Positions 23,790 through 37,643 are shown, numbered from the whole stretch's first letter. The stretch: 58,267 nucleotides of DNA, filler included, from Sphacelaria rigidula (GCA_964200075.2; 9 parts of 9 records of this genome joined end to end with filler, not necessarily neighbours in it); one strand, 5' to 3'. Program-made: numbers and translations. Notes: generated from the sequence alone by a model not told the origin.

Positions 23790-24126
23790 GTGTGTGTGTG
23801 TGTGTTGTCGTCCCATCTATTCTGGCCGCCGGTCTACACCTTTTGGTACATGTGGGCGCACCAGATGGGGCCACACAGTGGAAGGTCAACACAGGATGTA
23901 TGTATTTTTCATTTGATTTTAGTACCCCACCTTCCTTCTGCGGTGCTTGCCTTCATTCTTTTTATCGCGAGAGGGGTTCAGCAGTCCCTTTCCCTCGTCG
24001 ATCGTTAGGTCGAATTTTGTGTACCCACGACATAGTCGCTCTCTACTGTCAAGTATGCTGTGAGAAAAAATTCCAGATCGCTCCGAGATTTGGAGCCACA
24101 ACCCAACCGTCAAAAGGTTTCGAGGG
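23790..24126 (-). mobile_element. tRNA-derived SINE (head displaced to 24372-24416)
   Basis: Reverse-complement homolog of 28575-28899 with a (TG)n tail. Confidence 0.85.
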
Positions 24127-24626
24127 TCGGCCAAATAAGGAGTCGTCTGGAAATGACTTGGTTTTAGTAAAATTGATTCGAATCCTACGAATCAATCCCT
24201 AGGCTTTGTTGTCAGCGTTGCAACCCAAGTACACGCAGCCCAAACACGTGGAATGGCGCAAAAGTTGCGTGGATACATACCCCTTGGACCAGCGGTCAAC
24301 TTTTTTCTCCCTTGTGGACAATCAGGCCGAAGAAATCGTGGATTTGGTGATTTGTAGTCGTCATGGTTCGTCCAAACCGTGGAAGGTTTCGAGGTTACCA
24401 ACTGAGCCACCGGGGCTCAGTCTTGAGTATCGGGTGTCTAATTTAGTGTCGCGTCATATTTCACCACAACTGGCTCCATTGCGGATCATTTGGTCGTGGA
24501 CAGTCATCAATCGTTTGTGTGGGATTGATCGTCCGTGCGTCCCACTCAACAGTGATTTTCTTCGCTCGATCTCACCCTCGCATTGAATTTCGTTCCCTCT
24601 TTTTTCGTCTCCGAATGCTTCTTCAG

Positions 24627-24698
24627 TCTTACTTGGAAGACAAGGTCAAGGAGGTGGAAGCTGAGCGGGAAGAGCGCGAGCTGCTCAACAGCCGGTAA
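24627..24698 (+). CDS. QCR7: Cytochrome b-c1 complex subunit 7, last exon
   Basis: ttcag|TCT reads SYLEDKVKEVEAEREERELLNSR-stop, matching the QCR7 C-terminus (pYL.pyl.eV..Er.Ere). Phase 0 is compatible with the previous exon. Confidence 0.9.
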   Translation, partial: SYLEDKVKEVEAEREERELLNSR

Positions 24699-25842
24699 AT
24701 TTGGACGAGCAAAAGAGAGGAGGGGGTCGCCGTACCCCAATCTACCTCTTTGACGACTGCAGTCTAAGCGCTTTCGTGCGTATATGACGAGGTTTCCAAG
24801 AGGCCGATAAAAGGGCAACGTCCTACGCAGTTTCTAATTGGCAGTTGGCAAAACAAGAAGTGGATACGTTTATCGCGATCAAGGCGGAAAGGGGGGGGGT
24901 GGGTGGGGGCGGCAGTTGTAGTTGCTCTTGGGCAAGAAGCTAGAGGGCTATGCGACGGTGCTTGTGATATGCGTCATACTGAGCGGGGCACGGGGCTTTC
25001 GTCTATTTTCGCGCATTAGGGAGCGACAAAAGTTTGTAGCGCAGCAGAGGTACATCGACATGCAGTGGTGTGCAATCAGTTTTTTATTTTTTTATTTTTC
25101 TTCTTTCACCGTCAGCAAACTTCGGCGTGTGCTCTCATCTGGCGGACGCTGTCTATCGACATGTGCATCTTGACTGATTTTTGGACACTAGCTAAACCCC
25201 AAGGGACGCAGCTGTGTCATCGACAAGATGGACGTACTCAATCTTGGTGAACAAAACCGAAACGTTAGCGTCAGAGAAATAAAAATAGAACACAAAATGT
25301 GTGCGTGCCAGGGGAAAAATCTGGAAGGGAGGGGCTCGGAGCGAGCTTGGATCGACGTTTTCGGGGGGGATAAATCTGATGTGTTTCATTGGACTTTGCA
25401 CCGCTTACTGCTATCTCCCCACCCCCAAATTATGGCATCGAACGTTCACACGATCTTTCATGGTAGGAAATTCTCTTCAGCCCAAATCCTCTTCACAGGT
25501 GCATCCCAGTGTCCCAGCACTTTGCCAGTTTTCGATCACCGCCACGACGTGATGCTGCACAACACAACACATCGACCACTGATGATCGTGGTCAGTGACC
25601 AACGGCGAGAATCGACTGGCGGATCGCTCTGGTCCAAAAATGAAAACATATCCAATAACGGCAACAGCAGCAGCAGCACCTGAGGAAAGGACAGAAAGTG
25701 GATGCTGCTGTATCGTGCATGAGATGAACGATGGATGCTGGTACTGGTGCAAGTGTCAGCTCTTGGCGCCGTTAGATGCGGTTGCTCTGGAGACGATTAA
25801 CAGTGTTTTCGTGAAATAGAGAGTAGATGACACGATTGAGAG

Positions 25843-25942
25843 NNNNNNNNNNNNNNNNNNNNNNNNNNNNNNNNNNNNNNNNNNNNTTAATTAATTAANN
25901 NNNNNNNNNNNNNNNNNNNNNNNNNNNNNNNNNNNNNNNNNN
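25843..25942. other. Artificial contig linker
   Basis: N44-TTAATTAATTAA-N44. Confidence 0.98.
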
Positions 25943-27419
25943 TGATCGACTTCATCAGTCGTGTCCAGCTGTCCCTCTTTATGGACCATGTGTCATGGAA
26001 CAGGCGATTGGCCGCGTGTGTAAGTTCAACATCATCTCACAACCAGAAGAAGCAGTTGCCATAGAGCTCTATAATGAAATCAGCACTACAAGCTTGACAC
26101 CGATAGCATTGAAGACAGCTAGTCGCATAAAACTTGTTGCGTCAGTCAAAACCATCATGACTAACACATACAACAGCGGGAACCCTGTGAGGGTAAAACG
26201 TTTCAGCAACCCACCAGAGTTACAGTAACCGATTCTCCTCTCTACAGCATTTCAAGGCAGACCACCGTACGTAGAGGATATGCTTCCCACAGCCCTCTTC
26301 TCAGTAAGTGCTACCTTGTCCCTGTAGAGGATATAGTAAGGAATCCGCCACGAGAGGATGCCAGCAGAGTGTTTGAAAGAGCTCAAAACGACTAGGAAAC
26401 AGTGAAAATGAATGGTTTCTGCGCAAATAAGAGGCCGGGCATTTCCAGTTTTTTCGCGTGTTTTTCTTGCCTTGTTCTCCTTTTTATTTCATCTTATTTC
26501 CGTAGGCTGCTCTGATCTACCTTTTGTTTTCTTCGCTTTTCTTCGGCGAGTGTTTCCACTTTGTCCTTGTCTCGGGTACGCACGTCCATCATGTGGATCA
26601 TAACAACGGCGGATCATGACTCCTGGGGGGAACCGTGAAAGTGCGACAACCAAACAAACTAATCAACCCCTGGGGGATTCAAACTGCCCACCAAGTGGAG
26701 GATTTGCAACGTCTGAAATGCTCGACTTCAAAATAGACTATTTTGAAACAAGATCTCCAGATGATATCAAAAACGACCAACACCGGGTACAGGAAATTTT
26801 AGAAAATCCGCGGAAGGATTCAACTGCCTGTCCTCTGCAGGATATTTTCGGGAGCCGATGGGCTGCGTGTGCAACCTTTCTTTGATGAACGAAACAAGTA
26901 TTCTGAGCCTACTGTGGACGCAAGATTGTCCATCGACTCAAGTGATGGTACTGCGGGTGTAGAGAGCACAACGCAGTCTTTCGCATCCCATACACGTGAA
27001 ATAAGAGGCCGCGCAGAGTGTACGACACGGTATGCTCAGGGCCCGTTGCAAGTTCGAAGAGTGGCGCGCTTGCTTACCTAATCGTCGTTACCATGCATCG
27101 TATATGTTACGGTACAAAACAGTAGGGGTTTTCGCATTTTCCAATACCATGGTATATCACGGGACCATGCAAAGTGCCGACGCGACGTGCTGCGCAAGTA
27201 CTAGAGAACTGCGTCCATCGGGAATGACTGAACGGTGTGGGTTTTGCTCTCCATCGAACGACCACTGTGCACCATTATAAGCGGACAGTAGCTTTGGAGG
27301 GAACTGACCCCCGGCCACAGCGCGGTGCCTGTCGTTCACGCGTATCCCATACGGTTGTAGATGCTCTCTTTGTCGCCCTTACGCAACCGTGAGGGGACGG
27401 TTCCGAGAGAGTTTTGATC

Positions 27420-27515
27420 CTTCTTCCATGTCTTGGGTACGTCTATCATGTAACCACGGCTGGACCCCTGGGGGCGTCAGTTAAAGTGCGAAGATAAATC
27501 AAATCAAATCAAATC
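27420..27515 (+). mobile_element. Retroposon 3' end with (AAATC)n tail
   Basis: GTACGTCTATCATGTAACCACGGCTGGA ... (AAATC)4. Related ends lie on the minus strand at 39010-39085 and 42512-42610. Confidence 0.6.
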
Positions 27516-28552
27516 CACCGCCAGGGTGGATCATCTGGGCCCTACATCCATTTTTCGAGTGAAAAGTGTGCTGACTAAAGGGACGACCCAACCTGACGAT
27601 CGAAGGGTTGAGAAGACGAACACTGCCTCCACTGGATCCACGATCAAAGAGACACGAATTCTGGTCGCAATAAAAAATTGAATGATTGAGAAAACCAGGA
27701 CTCGAGAGAAGAAACGACAGTCGCTGATTCCGAAAGAGACCCCGGGCATTTCTCAAATGAAGCGTGCTACTCTCCAAGGTCTGCGGCTGACAATTCCAAA
27801 TCTTCCAGCACATATTCCTCCAAGAACCCTTGGTCATACCCTGCTGCTGCCTCGTTAAGACCGCCAGATAGTCCGGCTCGCATCGATGTAAATCTGCCAA
27901 TCGGCGCAAACAAGACGGGAGAACGTAAGAAGATAAGACGTATCCGTTCCATGAAATGTCTTACAGAATACCCGTTGTTTACCGGCCATATGGTACTACA
28001 GTAGTTGGCGGTCTGACTACTTAATGGGGTTTGGGGTTTTCCTCGCGTAATACTCTTCGATAGGCGTCGAAATTGCTAGCGTCGGTAGATTTTGGTACAA
28101 TAGACGAATCGTCCTCGAAACACAGTGCCCAAGTCAGTGCTAGTTGGTGTCATCGGGCGAAACGAGTAAATACCCCGTTCATCAGGAGGGTGTTATTGAC
28201 CGTGAAACACACTTTTTCGGCTCTAGTACAATGAGTAGGCAGAATTGTGAAAAAATAACCTGTTAATTCGCTAGAAAAATGATCGGGACAGGCTCGATCG
28301 AGCGAAAATACCCACGAGTAAGAATCTGGGCTGAAACGTCGCAGGATCCCCGATGACCGGTCAGCCCGCAAGTCACTCAACAGTGAGTAGAGATGTTTTT
28401 GTTTCCTTGGAATATTGGGCGGATACAAATATCTTAAGATGCCCAACGTGATAAAGCGGTGGCAAGCGAAAAGAGCCCATGAAAATTGCTAACTACCAAG
28501 AAATCACAAAATGCTTCAAAATGAGTAATTAGACCGCCCACTACTGTAAGCC

Positions 28553-28899
28553 GGTCGCCCCGGTGGCTCAGTTGGTAACCTCGAAACCTTCTGACGGTTG
28601 GGTCGTGGGGTTGAATCTCGAAGCGATTTGGGATTTTTTTCTCACACAATGCTCAACAGTGGAGAGCGACTACGTCGTGGGTACACAAATTCAACTTAAC
28701 GGTCGACGAGGGAAAGGGACTGCTGAAACCCTCTCGCGATAAATAAAAGGCAAGCACCGCAGAAGGAAGGTGGAGTAACTAGAAAAAAAAAAACTCCTGT
28801 GTTAGCCTCCCTCCTGTGTGACCCCGGCAGAACCTACCACATACACCGAAAGGTGTAGACCGGCGTCCAGAACAGATGGGACGACAACACACAACACAC
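28553..28899 (+). mobile_element. Full-length tRNA-derived SINE
   Basis: A box TGGCTCAGTTGG (28564), B-box-like GGTTGAATC (28609), a body shared with 23790-24126, and an (ACAC/AAC) tail. Confidence 0.88.
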
Positions 28900-29752
28900 G
28901 CATGGTGCTGGATATCACGGAAATCACTTGTCCATTGCTTTGATATATGAATATCTATGTACCTCTCAATCTACCCGTGCATATAGTCTACTGATCCATT
29001 TTTTTCTTCCCTCTGCGAGCGGTATTCTTCTAGTTTCTGTGCCGCGCTCCTGCACGACTGGCGGGCGAGAGTCCCTACTCAAATCGTACGGTCCCCAGCT
29101 GGCTGCGTCGCAACCTGCTTCCATGGCCTCGCCATTCAAACCTCCATCTTGCCTCAGGTCCTGTCAGGCGCCGGTCCGGTTTTTTGTGGGACCGGTACTG
29201 AATCTCAGCCTGGTAGTGTTCTTGCTTCTTCTTTTCTCTTCCCATACCTCCCGCACTTGTTCTCTTTTCCTCCTTTTTTCCCCCTTTTTCTTCATCTTTT
29301 CCGAGTAGTTTTTTTTTCTCAGTTACTGCACTTTTTTTTTCGTTTTCTCCTTCTGTCTTTTTCATTTTCCTTTCCATTCCCTCCCCCTGTTCTCGATTTT
29401 CCTGCAGCATTTTCCCCTTCCTTCATTTCGGGTACGTGCATCTTGTAGCGATGAACAGATCCTTAGCAGTTCGCTTAATAATCGATACATGCATGCACAC
29501 GTACAAATCAGCTGTATGTACACGTACAATTGTTAGCTGCCTGTCACGGGGGAAAAGATCGGCGAGGCTTCACAGGCTCAACAAGGACAAAACGGCAGCA
29601 TACGGACAGATTACAAAGCACAAAAATCTACCAGCAATATGTAGAATAGGAGACGGAATACACACCCTTTATAGCAAAAATGTCGTCAGACCAACGCATA
29701 CACGGCACCCTTTGCTTCCAACGAATGACACAGGCCGGAACCCAAACGGAGC

Positions 29753-29758
<6 letters not shown>

Positions 29759-29795
<37 letters not shown>
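29759..29795. repeat. (GCA)n microsatellite
   Basis: Direct reading. Confidence 0.95.
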
Positions 29796-29796
<1 letters not shown>

Positions 29797-29854
29797 CAAC
29801 TGTGGCAGCAGTCACAACGAGAACAACTAGAACACAAAACCTTACGAGCATCAC

Positions 29855-30028
29855 CTGAGCTCGCACATAAACAGGACAGACGGCCCTCCTCCGCCCCCCA
29901 CACCCCCAGAAGTAATGCTGCTACCGTGCGGTCTAGATCGAACAAGGACCGTGTAGCAAGATCCGGACCCATGCGGTGCAAGTGCAGGCAAGTGCCTCTC
30001 CGTTTTGATCGAGTAAAGATCCGGATCA
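29855..30028 (-). CDS. Putative internal exon, unknown protein
   Basis: ctcag|TG...CAG|gtgatg, 174 nt, symmetric phase 1. A C-rich tract lies upstream. It reads IRIFTRSKRRGTCLHLHRMGPDLATRSLFDLDRTVAALLLGVWGAEEGRLSCLCASS. Confidence 0.55.
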
Positions 30029-31786
30029 CTGAGATGGCATATAGCAGGCGCGTGAGAGAACAGAGCATAGGGGTAGGTGGGTGAGGGAGGGGGGTGGGGA
30101 GGGGGGGGAGTGGGGATCAGACAAAACGCAAGATATAACACATAATACTTGACAAAACAGATGAACATCGGACGTGGCATGGGAAGGAAGCGTTATTGAC
30201 TAACTTCATTTGGCAAACGATAGACACCCCCGCCCCCACGAACGAGCTAACATTCGTATATCAGCTGACACGCTGGAATTCATGGTGTCTCCAAGAACCC
30301 TACATAGTCTATATGGACCTATGGGACGCGCAGTGCCAGTGCAAGAGCTCGGACTTCCTCCCGTTGGGTCTGGTTTTCGCGTGTGTGGAGGAGTGTCTGC
30401 CTTCGCACTCGGTTGAGAGTCAGCCACGCTCAGCTGTCATCACTTACTGTCGTGGTCCGAGGTGGACATGTCAAATCGTGTGGACTGCTCAAGTGTGGTG
30501 CTGTCAACATTAACTTTGTTGTTTCATCACCATCATCAATCCATCAAGATCGACACTGGGATAGCCAACGCCCGCTTCGACCTCAAGACCGCAAGCACGG
30601 CGAGCTCCAGAGACCAAGGGTCTCTTGATATGCTTCGTAATATATTACCCATAAGTGCAGAGACAGGCGAGTAGCCCCAACACAGAATTTTTACATGGAT
30701 TTTCAAGTAATCGATGCGGCATGTACGTTCCGGCGTCAAGCAGTCCATACATACCTGGGCTGCTAACGACGATTTTACTCTTTTGAAAAGGTGGGAAGGG
30801 GACGGGGGCCGCGAAGGGTTTAGTTTGATTCATGCGTTCGAGTCTGCGACGCAAGATAGCTCGATCAAGTACCCTGGTGAGACACACGGAATTGCTGTCT
30901 CTTCAAAGCTCAGAAACACCGAAAGAACCGCAGCAGAAAAAGACAGCATCTCACACAAGAAATGGCTCTCACTACACAGGGCGTACAACTTGAAGGCGTT
31001 CTGGTCTTGGGAGGAGCAACTGGATCTTTGGAAAGATTCTGTTTCAGAGCACGACAATGAAGTTTGACGATGTACTCAGCGGAGCTTAGCTCTTGCGCCT
31101 CGAAAGCAGAATACAGCAGGGAGTTTACTTTTCGAAGATGGATCAGCGCACGGAGACGTACCGTAGGTTATGGGGGACAGGACCCCCTCCCCTCGATTCA
31201 CAACCACTTCAGCCTCGAGTTTCCCCCGAAGCCGATGGTACTATGCTGTACCGCCGAGATCGTTCACCGTCTCGCAGGGTCGTCGAAACTTATCCATGCG
31301 CGAGGTGTGCTGGTCATGCAGGGTTTTTGCCTGTCAAAAACCTCGAGGTCACAACAATCGTCCCTCGCGAGGTGTTACATCACCACGCGCAAAAATTCAC
31401 GGTATCAAAATCCATTTACGCTGACTGGCATGGGATTGATGACTGCATGTACGCACCGATTGTGATATATATTCCCACCTCACATGATGAAGGAAGCACA
31501 ACACAAGAGGTATGAATGCCGCCGAGAGTACGCCATACTAACATCAGGAGAAGGCTACGCCGAAATGCAGCGTTACTGCCATGTTCCATAGATTTGGGGA
31601 TGACCGGCCAACTTCCCAGAGGTAAGCTTGCGACTAATTAGTGGTATAATTTTATACTTTTCTCGAGGAGTATTCCACTCTGTGGGAGTATGAAGTGGAT
31701 ACGATGGTAAGTGAAACGCGTTGAGGTGACAGACTGGCAGAAATGCCGCACGATAAAATTACGGTTCGAGAAGGAGACGGACTACT

Positions 31787-32073
31787 GATGTAAACACTTT
31801 ACATGTCGGGCAACTCATGAGTTAACGCCGTCATGTGATATAACTCAACACGCCGAAAATGGTATCGCCGACTTGTACCGTATAACTCAGCCATTGGAGA
31901 ATGGTACCGCTGAGATAATCGTCAACTCAGCCAGTGTGAAGAGGAATCGCTGAGTCATACCGTACAACTTAGCGTGTGGATTTCGGTACCTCTGGTTTAT
32001 ACCGCATAACTTCTTAGCCACTGGAACTACATAGCGCTGAGTTGAGTTGTCCGACGTGCGAAACAGTTACACC
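31787..32073. mobile_element. MITE-like element with imperfect TIRs and ~42-bp internal repeats
   Basis: Left GATGTAAA..ATGTCGGGCAACTCA pairs with right TGAGTTGTCCGACGT..TTACACC. AACTCAGCCA-type units start at about 31840, 31882, 31923, 31965 and 32007. Confidence 0.7.
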
Positions 32074-32327
32074 TTTCGCGAGTTGTCCCGGTTATTTAGC
32101 TTGAGCATGTCAATCTCGTGAACGCAGTGGAGCCGTGGCTGATGAGAAAAAAACGACAACCAATCGGTCAGTATACCAATCACGTCATCAAAATCAACAA
32201 AACACTCACTCGTCCACACTTTTTACGATACCCCCCCCCCCCCCCCCCCCCCCCCCAACACCCACAGCGCTAGGAGGGGCGGCGGAACAATCTGGCCGGG
32301 GGCGGACGGGGCAAACAAAAAAAAAAA

Positions 32328-32427
32328 NNNNNNNNNNNNNNNNNNNNNNNNNNNNNNNNNNNNNNNNNNNNTTAATTAATTAANNNNNNNNNNNNNNNNN
32401 NNNNNNNNNNNNNNNNNNNNNNNNNNN
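32328..32427. other. Artificial contig linker
   Basis: N44-TTAATTAATTAA-N44. Confidence 0.98.
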
Positions 32428-35400
32428 CCCCCCACCCACCCCCTAATCGGTCCCAAATGTAAAAAAAGGGGTGTGGGTCCAAAAAATATATTTTTGTGCG
32501 CCCTTGAGTCAACTGCCAAGATTCCCGCATACAAAAATCATAGGCACCTCATCATGTATCTTTCGACGGTTCAACAGGGTTTAGTATTGTATTTTCAGTA
32601 TAAATCAAGCGTCATTTTGCTTGTGGATTTCTCCGCCGTGTCTGTTCTATCAAGCCTGAAACTTGGCACAGAGGTAGATCACAACACAGGCAGCATATTC
32701 CCGGAGCGGCGGCGCGTTTTACGAGGTGCGCTAGACGCACGCAGCAAAATACGTTTTTTGGGCAATGCCATCGATACGCCCTTAAAACGCAGTCCCCTCG
32801 GCCCAGACTGCGTGAGACGTCAGTGGATACATATATTACGGGTTCCGAAAAATAACGTTGTCGTGCGCTGCTGCCGAAGGATCTCCAAAGCAAGGCGTGA
32901 TTTTCCCTTTGTCGTTCAGGCAAGGTTTTTGCCGTGGAACGATGATAGGCAGGAAGAACATTGGAACCGACCGGTACGGCACTACCGGCAACGCTCAACC
33001 AGGGTTCATGCGGCGACTTTATTGTTCCAAGCTCTTTCTACCGGAGACCCCGTTGCCAAGGTTGCCAAAGATCCAGTTTCACAGGTTTGAACGTTTCGAG
33101 TCCGCTCATGTATGTCACTGGCGGACCTCGTTCCCGATACTGTTTCCCGGCTTAAATGTGTATGCTGGTGTTCATTACGAGCCCATACATATGTGGTCTC
33201 CACACACTCACACACACACACATATATATATATATATAGGATTACTTACTCGGAGCTCGCATGCTTTCGAACCCCGCTAACCCCGAGTCTCCTGGAGGAA
33301 ATGTGGGTGAAAATCGTCAGCAACAACGATAATGATAGCTTGGTGGTGGTGGCAGAGTGTTGCACGTACATTTAGCAGGTCCATTATCAGAATATTCAGA
33401 ATCGCCTTGCTCATATAGTACCAACAACTACATACACGCATAACCTTCCCCCCTCCCGCCTGAATCTCAGGACTCCCTTGCGCTGAAGGAATAATACGTG
33501 TTACTCTTAGATCCAGTAGTACACGATGTGGAGCCCATAAACCCCCCTTTCACTGCCACCACCTTCCAAGCATAGCAACGTTCCACCCCCCTTCTTCGAG
33601 GCCACTTCATCGAGTAGATCGCCGTCGTCGTTTTCAGCAGTTCACTTCCACCCCACAACACCTGTAACGGGACTAATGGTGGGTAGGTACGATAGTATAT
33701 ATGTCAAGTCTTCCCCTCCCTCCTTCTCAAACTCGGTGGGGCACTCTTCAGCAAGGCCTCCAAGATGCTTATGCAGTTACCCTAAGCTCAGTTGGAGTCA
33801 ATACTACTGCTCTGTTTGGTCGCATATCTGGAGCGCCAAATATAAACGAGGTTGGTATTGGAGCAAATGCACTGAAACTAGTCAAACGGAGCCAATCACC
33901 ACCACCACCGTTCCCCCAACTGAACCCGTGTTTCTTTTCTCCCATCGTGAGTACGTTCCGCCGACTCATGTCTTGTATCTTCCTTTTGGAAGAGTTTTCT
34001 CTGAAGCAGTGAAGGCTAGTTATCAAGTATGCTGCACGTTTCCTACATTTATTCGTTGTTTCTGCTGTTGTTGTTCGTCGTCCCACGGACGTCCAGCGTT
34101 TAATCAACCGTTCAATGGTGACACTATTACTGTTGTCACTTCTACGCATTCCTCTGTCGCCCTCCTGTATACATGCTAATCGATGCCCAGATATATTTTG
34201 TCGCTTCCTTGAAGCACCTGTAATTCGTGTCCTCGCTACCCTCTTGTGTTCATCGCATCTCTCCATCGTTACCCGGGGGCAGGCACCTTTCATCTTGCAC
34301 CACAGGACGACCTGCTACGATCAGAAGACGAAAACACATGCATTTACACACACCATCGCGCGCGCGTACTTCACGCGTTCGACCAAATACACAAAACGAA
34401 AGCGCCAGAAACAAGCCAGCCCAAAACCAACCTACGACCCGCATCAATCACCGTTGTCAAACATGAATAATATTGTCAAATACGAAAAAAATAACAGAAA
34501 CACTACCACGCAAAATTAGCAGCGGCAGCGACAGCCACTTGCCATTCCAGCGCAAGAGAAGCAGCAAGCTGTCGAGCGCGCATTACCCCCCCCCCCCCCC
34601 CCCGCCCATTCACCCTTTCTCCCTAGTCAGGACGGATTGAAATTTTTCTTCATCACATTCTCATGCCGTGTTTGTGTAGTTAGTTCATCAACACAACCGT
34701 GTTCCCGTCACTCTTCTATCGGGAGCTATCCACAACAATAAACGGGATTTTACTACAGCTTCACATTCAAATTGATACCGTGTCTTTGGGGGGACCACCG
34801 AGTTGCACCGGAATTCAAACGTTGTCCTCTTGCTATCTTCCTGGTTTGTGCGTCGACATGACCGCACAAAGGCGCTTGGTGCCATTCATCACATCAAGAA
34901 TCGAAATAGACACAACACACAACCCGATACTGAGCGCTGCAGCTCCATCTGCAAACCTAGGAGATGACAAAGCGTAGGTATAATATGGATATGGGTATGG
35001 TTTTATCAGGTTCATCACGAAGTCAACCAACGTCTTTGCCACAAAAATGAAGTTCATTCTCCATCATCATCACCACTGTCATCGTCATCATCATCGAGCG
35101 TCAACAGTTTCCCTCAGCCGACTACTACCCTCATAACCACAACCGCTGCCGTCACCGGTGCTGCTGCACTGTTTTAACCCTGAAGGGCGACTTTTAGCCC
35201 TGAAGGGCGACAGCTGCACCCTTCCATCACCAAAAAAGGGTAGCCAAGCGCAAGGACCAAAAGAAGATTCCCGTGATTCTCCATCACCCTTCGCCACGAT
35301 CCATCACACCACCACCGTGGTCCTCGCGATCTCCTCCGCCGCAACGGACAAGCTATCAACTTCCGGACAGGATGGTGATTTTATCGTCACGATTATCATC

Positions 35401-36238
35401 ATCATTGTCGTCATCACCAAAATCGCAACCTCTCACATAAGACCATATAACCAACGCTGACGATCGCGTTTGGTGAATGTATAATACCCATAAATGCAGC
35501 AGCTCCCGGTCGACGGCTTCCATCGATGCCCCACCGGCAACCACCGCCGCCACGTCCTAGTCCTAATCCTCATCATGACACCATCGCCACACCCACCACT
35601 ATAAGTAGTAGCAGCTTCCCTCGGGTGATTGGTACCCCCGCCCTTCCCCCCCTCCCCTCTCCTATCGTCCCCCCCCTTCCCCCATGTTCCTAAACGGACA
35701 GGTACCGACTTTCAAACGAAATCGTGACCACCATAATCAACACAAAAAGGTATAACCATGATTATGGTGACGAGTGCTGACGGCGCTGGGGAATGACAAA
35801 AATGAAAATGATGGGGTTAGCGGCGACGACACATGAGAAGCGGTAGCTGCAGCCACCTGACGGTTACAGCAGTCGTCATCGCCGCCACTGCGCCCGTACC
35901 CATCCGCGCTGGCCGCAGCAGCCGCCGCTGTTGCGTTACATGACCGCATCCTTCCAAAAGCCAACAAGTTATGAGACACCAAAACATCATCAGTACCTCA
36001 TGTATGATGAGCATCGCCACCACCTTTACCACGGCCAACCTTACCCGCCACCATCTGAGCAGCAGCAACTGTCCCCCAACCCACTCGAAGGAGGAGCCTC
36101 CCGCCACGATGGGGGCGGGTAAGCAGCCAGCTGTAAAACAAACGCATCTCACCAGCATCATCATTATGAATCATCGTCATTTGGACGATGATGGTGGTGA
36201 TGATAGTGGGGGTGGAAAATAACAATAAATCAAAGGGA

Positions 36239-36552
36239 TCAAGCCGCTGCCGCTTCCTCTTGCCGACTACTGGGCGCTTGCGGCGGCGGCGATACCACCG
36301 CCGCCTCCCCCGACCCCCCGCCGGCTCCGGGTTCGGCGCTCGCAGCCCCAGTATTTGCCGCTTGTGCCTCTGCTCTTTGCCTCTGCTCTTCTTCGAAGGC
36401 CGCCTTCTTCGCCTGGCCGGCCTCATATGCCTCCCTCTTTTCCCTAGTGCAGAAGATCACGCAGCCATATCTCAAGTCTTGCATTGTCTTGAGTGCGTGT
36501 GCCTCGTCGATCTTGGCGTATTGCAGGAATCTCTCACCGGCCGTGCCGGTAC
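36239..36552 (-). CDS. Last exon of an uncharacterised gene
   Basis: acttag|GT ACC reads GTGTAGERFLQYAKIDEAHALKTMQDLRYGCVIFCTREKREAYE...AAAA-stop. Codon usage is GC3-rich. Confidence 0.75.
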
Positions 36553-37643
36553 CTAAGTTCACGGGAGAGGACGGGATGGGACGGGACGGGCGGCGCGGGG
36601 GGGGGGGAGTCATGAGTGGTACGCAGTATCGTCATCTTCCACCATGTCAACCGAAAAGAGAGAATCGCCATCCGCTTCGACTTCTCGATGATCACGGCGG
36701 ACGCTCACCCCCATGGACCAGGGGTGCTCTCAACACGAAGAATTTTCCTTTTGACATGCTTGGTAAGAGTACATGGTACGTGGTATTAATTCAGCAGTAA
36801 CTATTGAAGTAACGCAAACAATCGAAATGCGATGAAAGATCTTTTGAATGAAACATGGACGGTATCGTACGCTCCTGAACGAGAAATCTGGCTGTAAACT
36901 AACTCTACGATAAGCTGACAACAAGTAACACGAACTCCGCTGCTTCACAGGGAGGGGTGAAGGGGAGGGCAGGTACACCCGGTACTATTTCGCCGTCACA
37001 TCAATCGGTTTCAAGACGCAGAACACCACCCCTCCCACGGCGTGCCCCAGGGATCGAGGACCTTCGACAACACAGGGAGAAGTAGTATACGCGAGAAAGA
37101 AATGCCGCCTGTGCTGCTTGACGAGATGGCCGAACAATACTGTACTGTACCGCCGTTCAATCGAAATCACAAGACAGCTGTCTCTCTTCTTCCGATCCCT
37201 GGATCAATCATGTGTATCCGATTATGCCGAATCCAATTCCTACTCCACTGTAACCCGTTCGCTGAACCAGCTGCATTTTGTAACGATCCATCCCGATCCG
37301 CAAACCGCAGATCCCGCTATGCTCCGATCCTCCGCTTTTGATGCGCGTAGTAATGTAAGGCACGTGGAACCAATTCAGAGTCCACTCCCCCGAAGCATTG
37401 ACGTTTTTCCAGCACGTTTTAATCATCATTGTGGTATATAAGCCCAGGCGTCAAATTTACTCTTCGCTTTCGGTGCAATGACACCCGACAACTGAGAACA
37501 GCAACAAAAAAACATGTTGAAAGCGGAGGAAAGGGTGTGGGCGTGGGGGGTGGGGGAGGGGGAGGCAAGACACAAGCGGCCGTGTTCGTTGAAGTACGTG
37601 TACATGCACGTGCACACATACGATCATGATCGTAATGCCTCAC

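Noticed and set aside
28553..28630. Functional tRNA gene
   Set aside because: A and B boxes are present, but there is no proper acceptor or anticodon stem and it continues into a dispersed SINE body.
29075..29448. Lys/Glu-rich or Phe-rich ORFs (also 39047-39562 and 16015-16357)
   Set aside because: They are translations of low-complexity purine/pyrimidine tracts and microsatellites.
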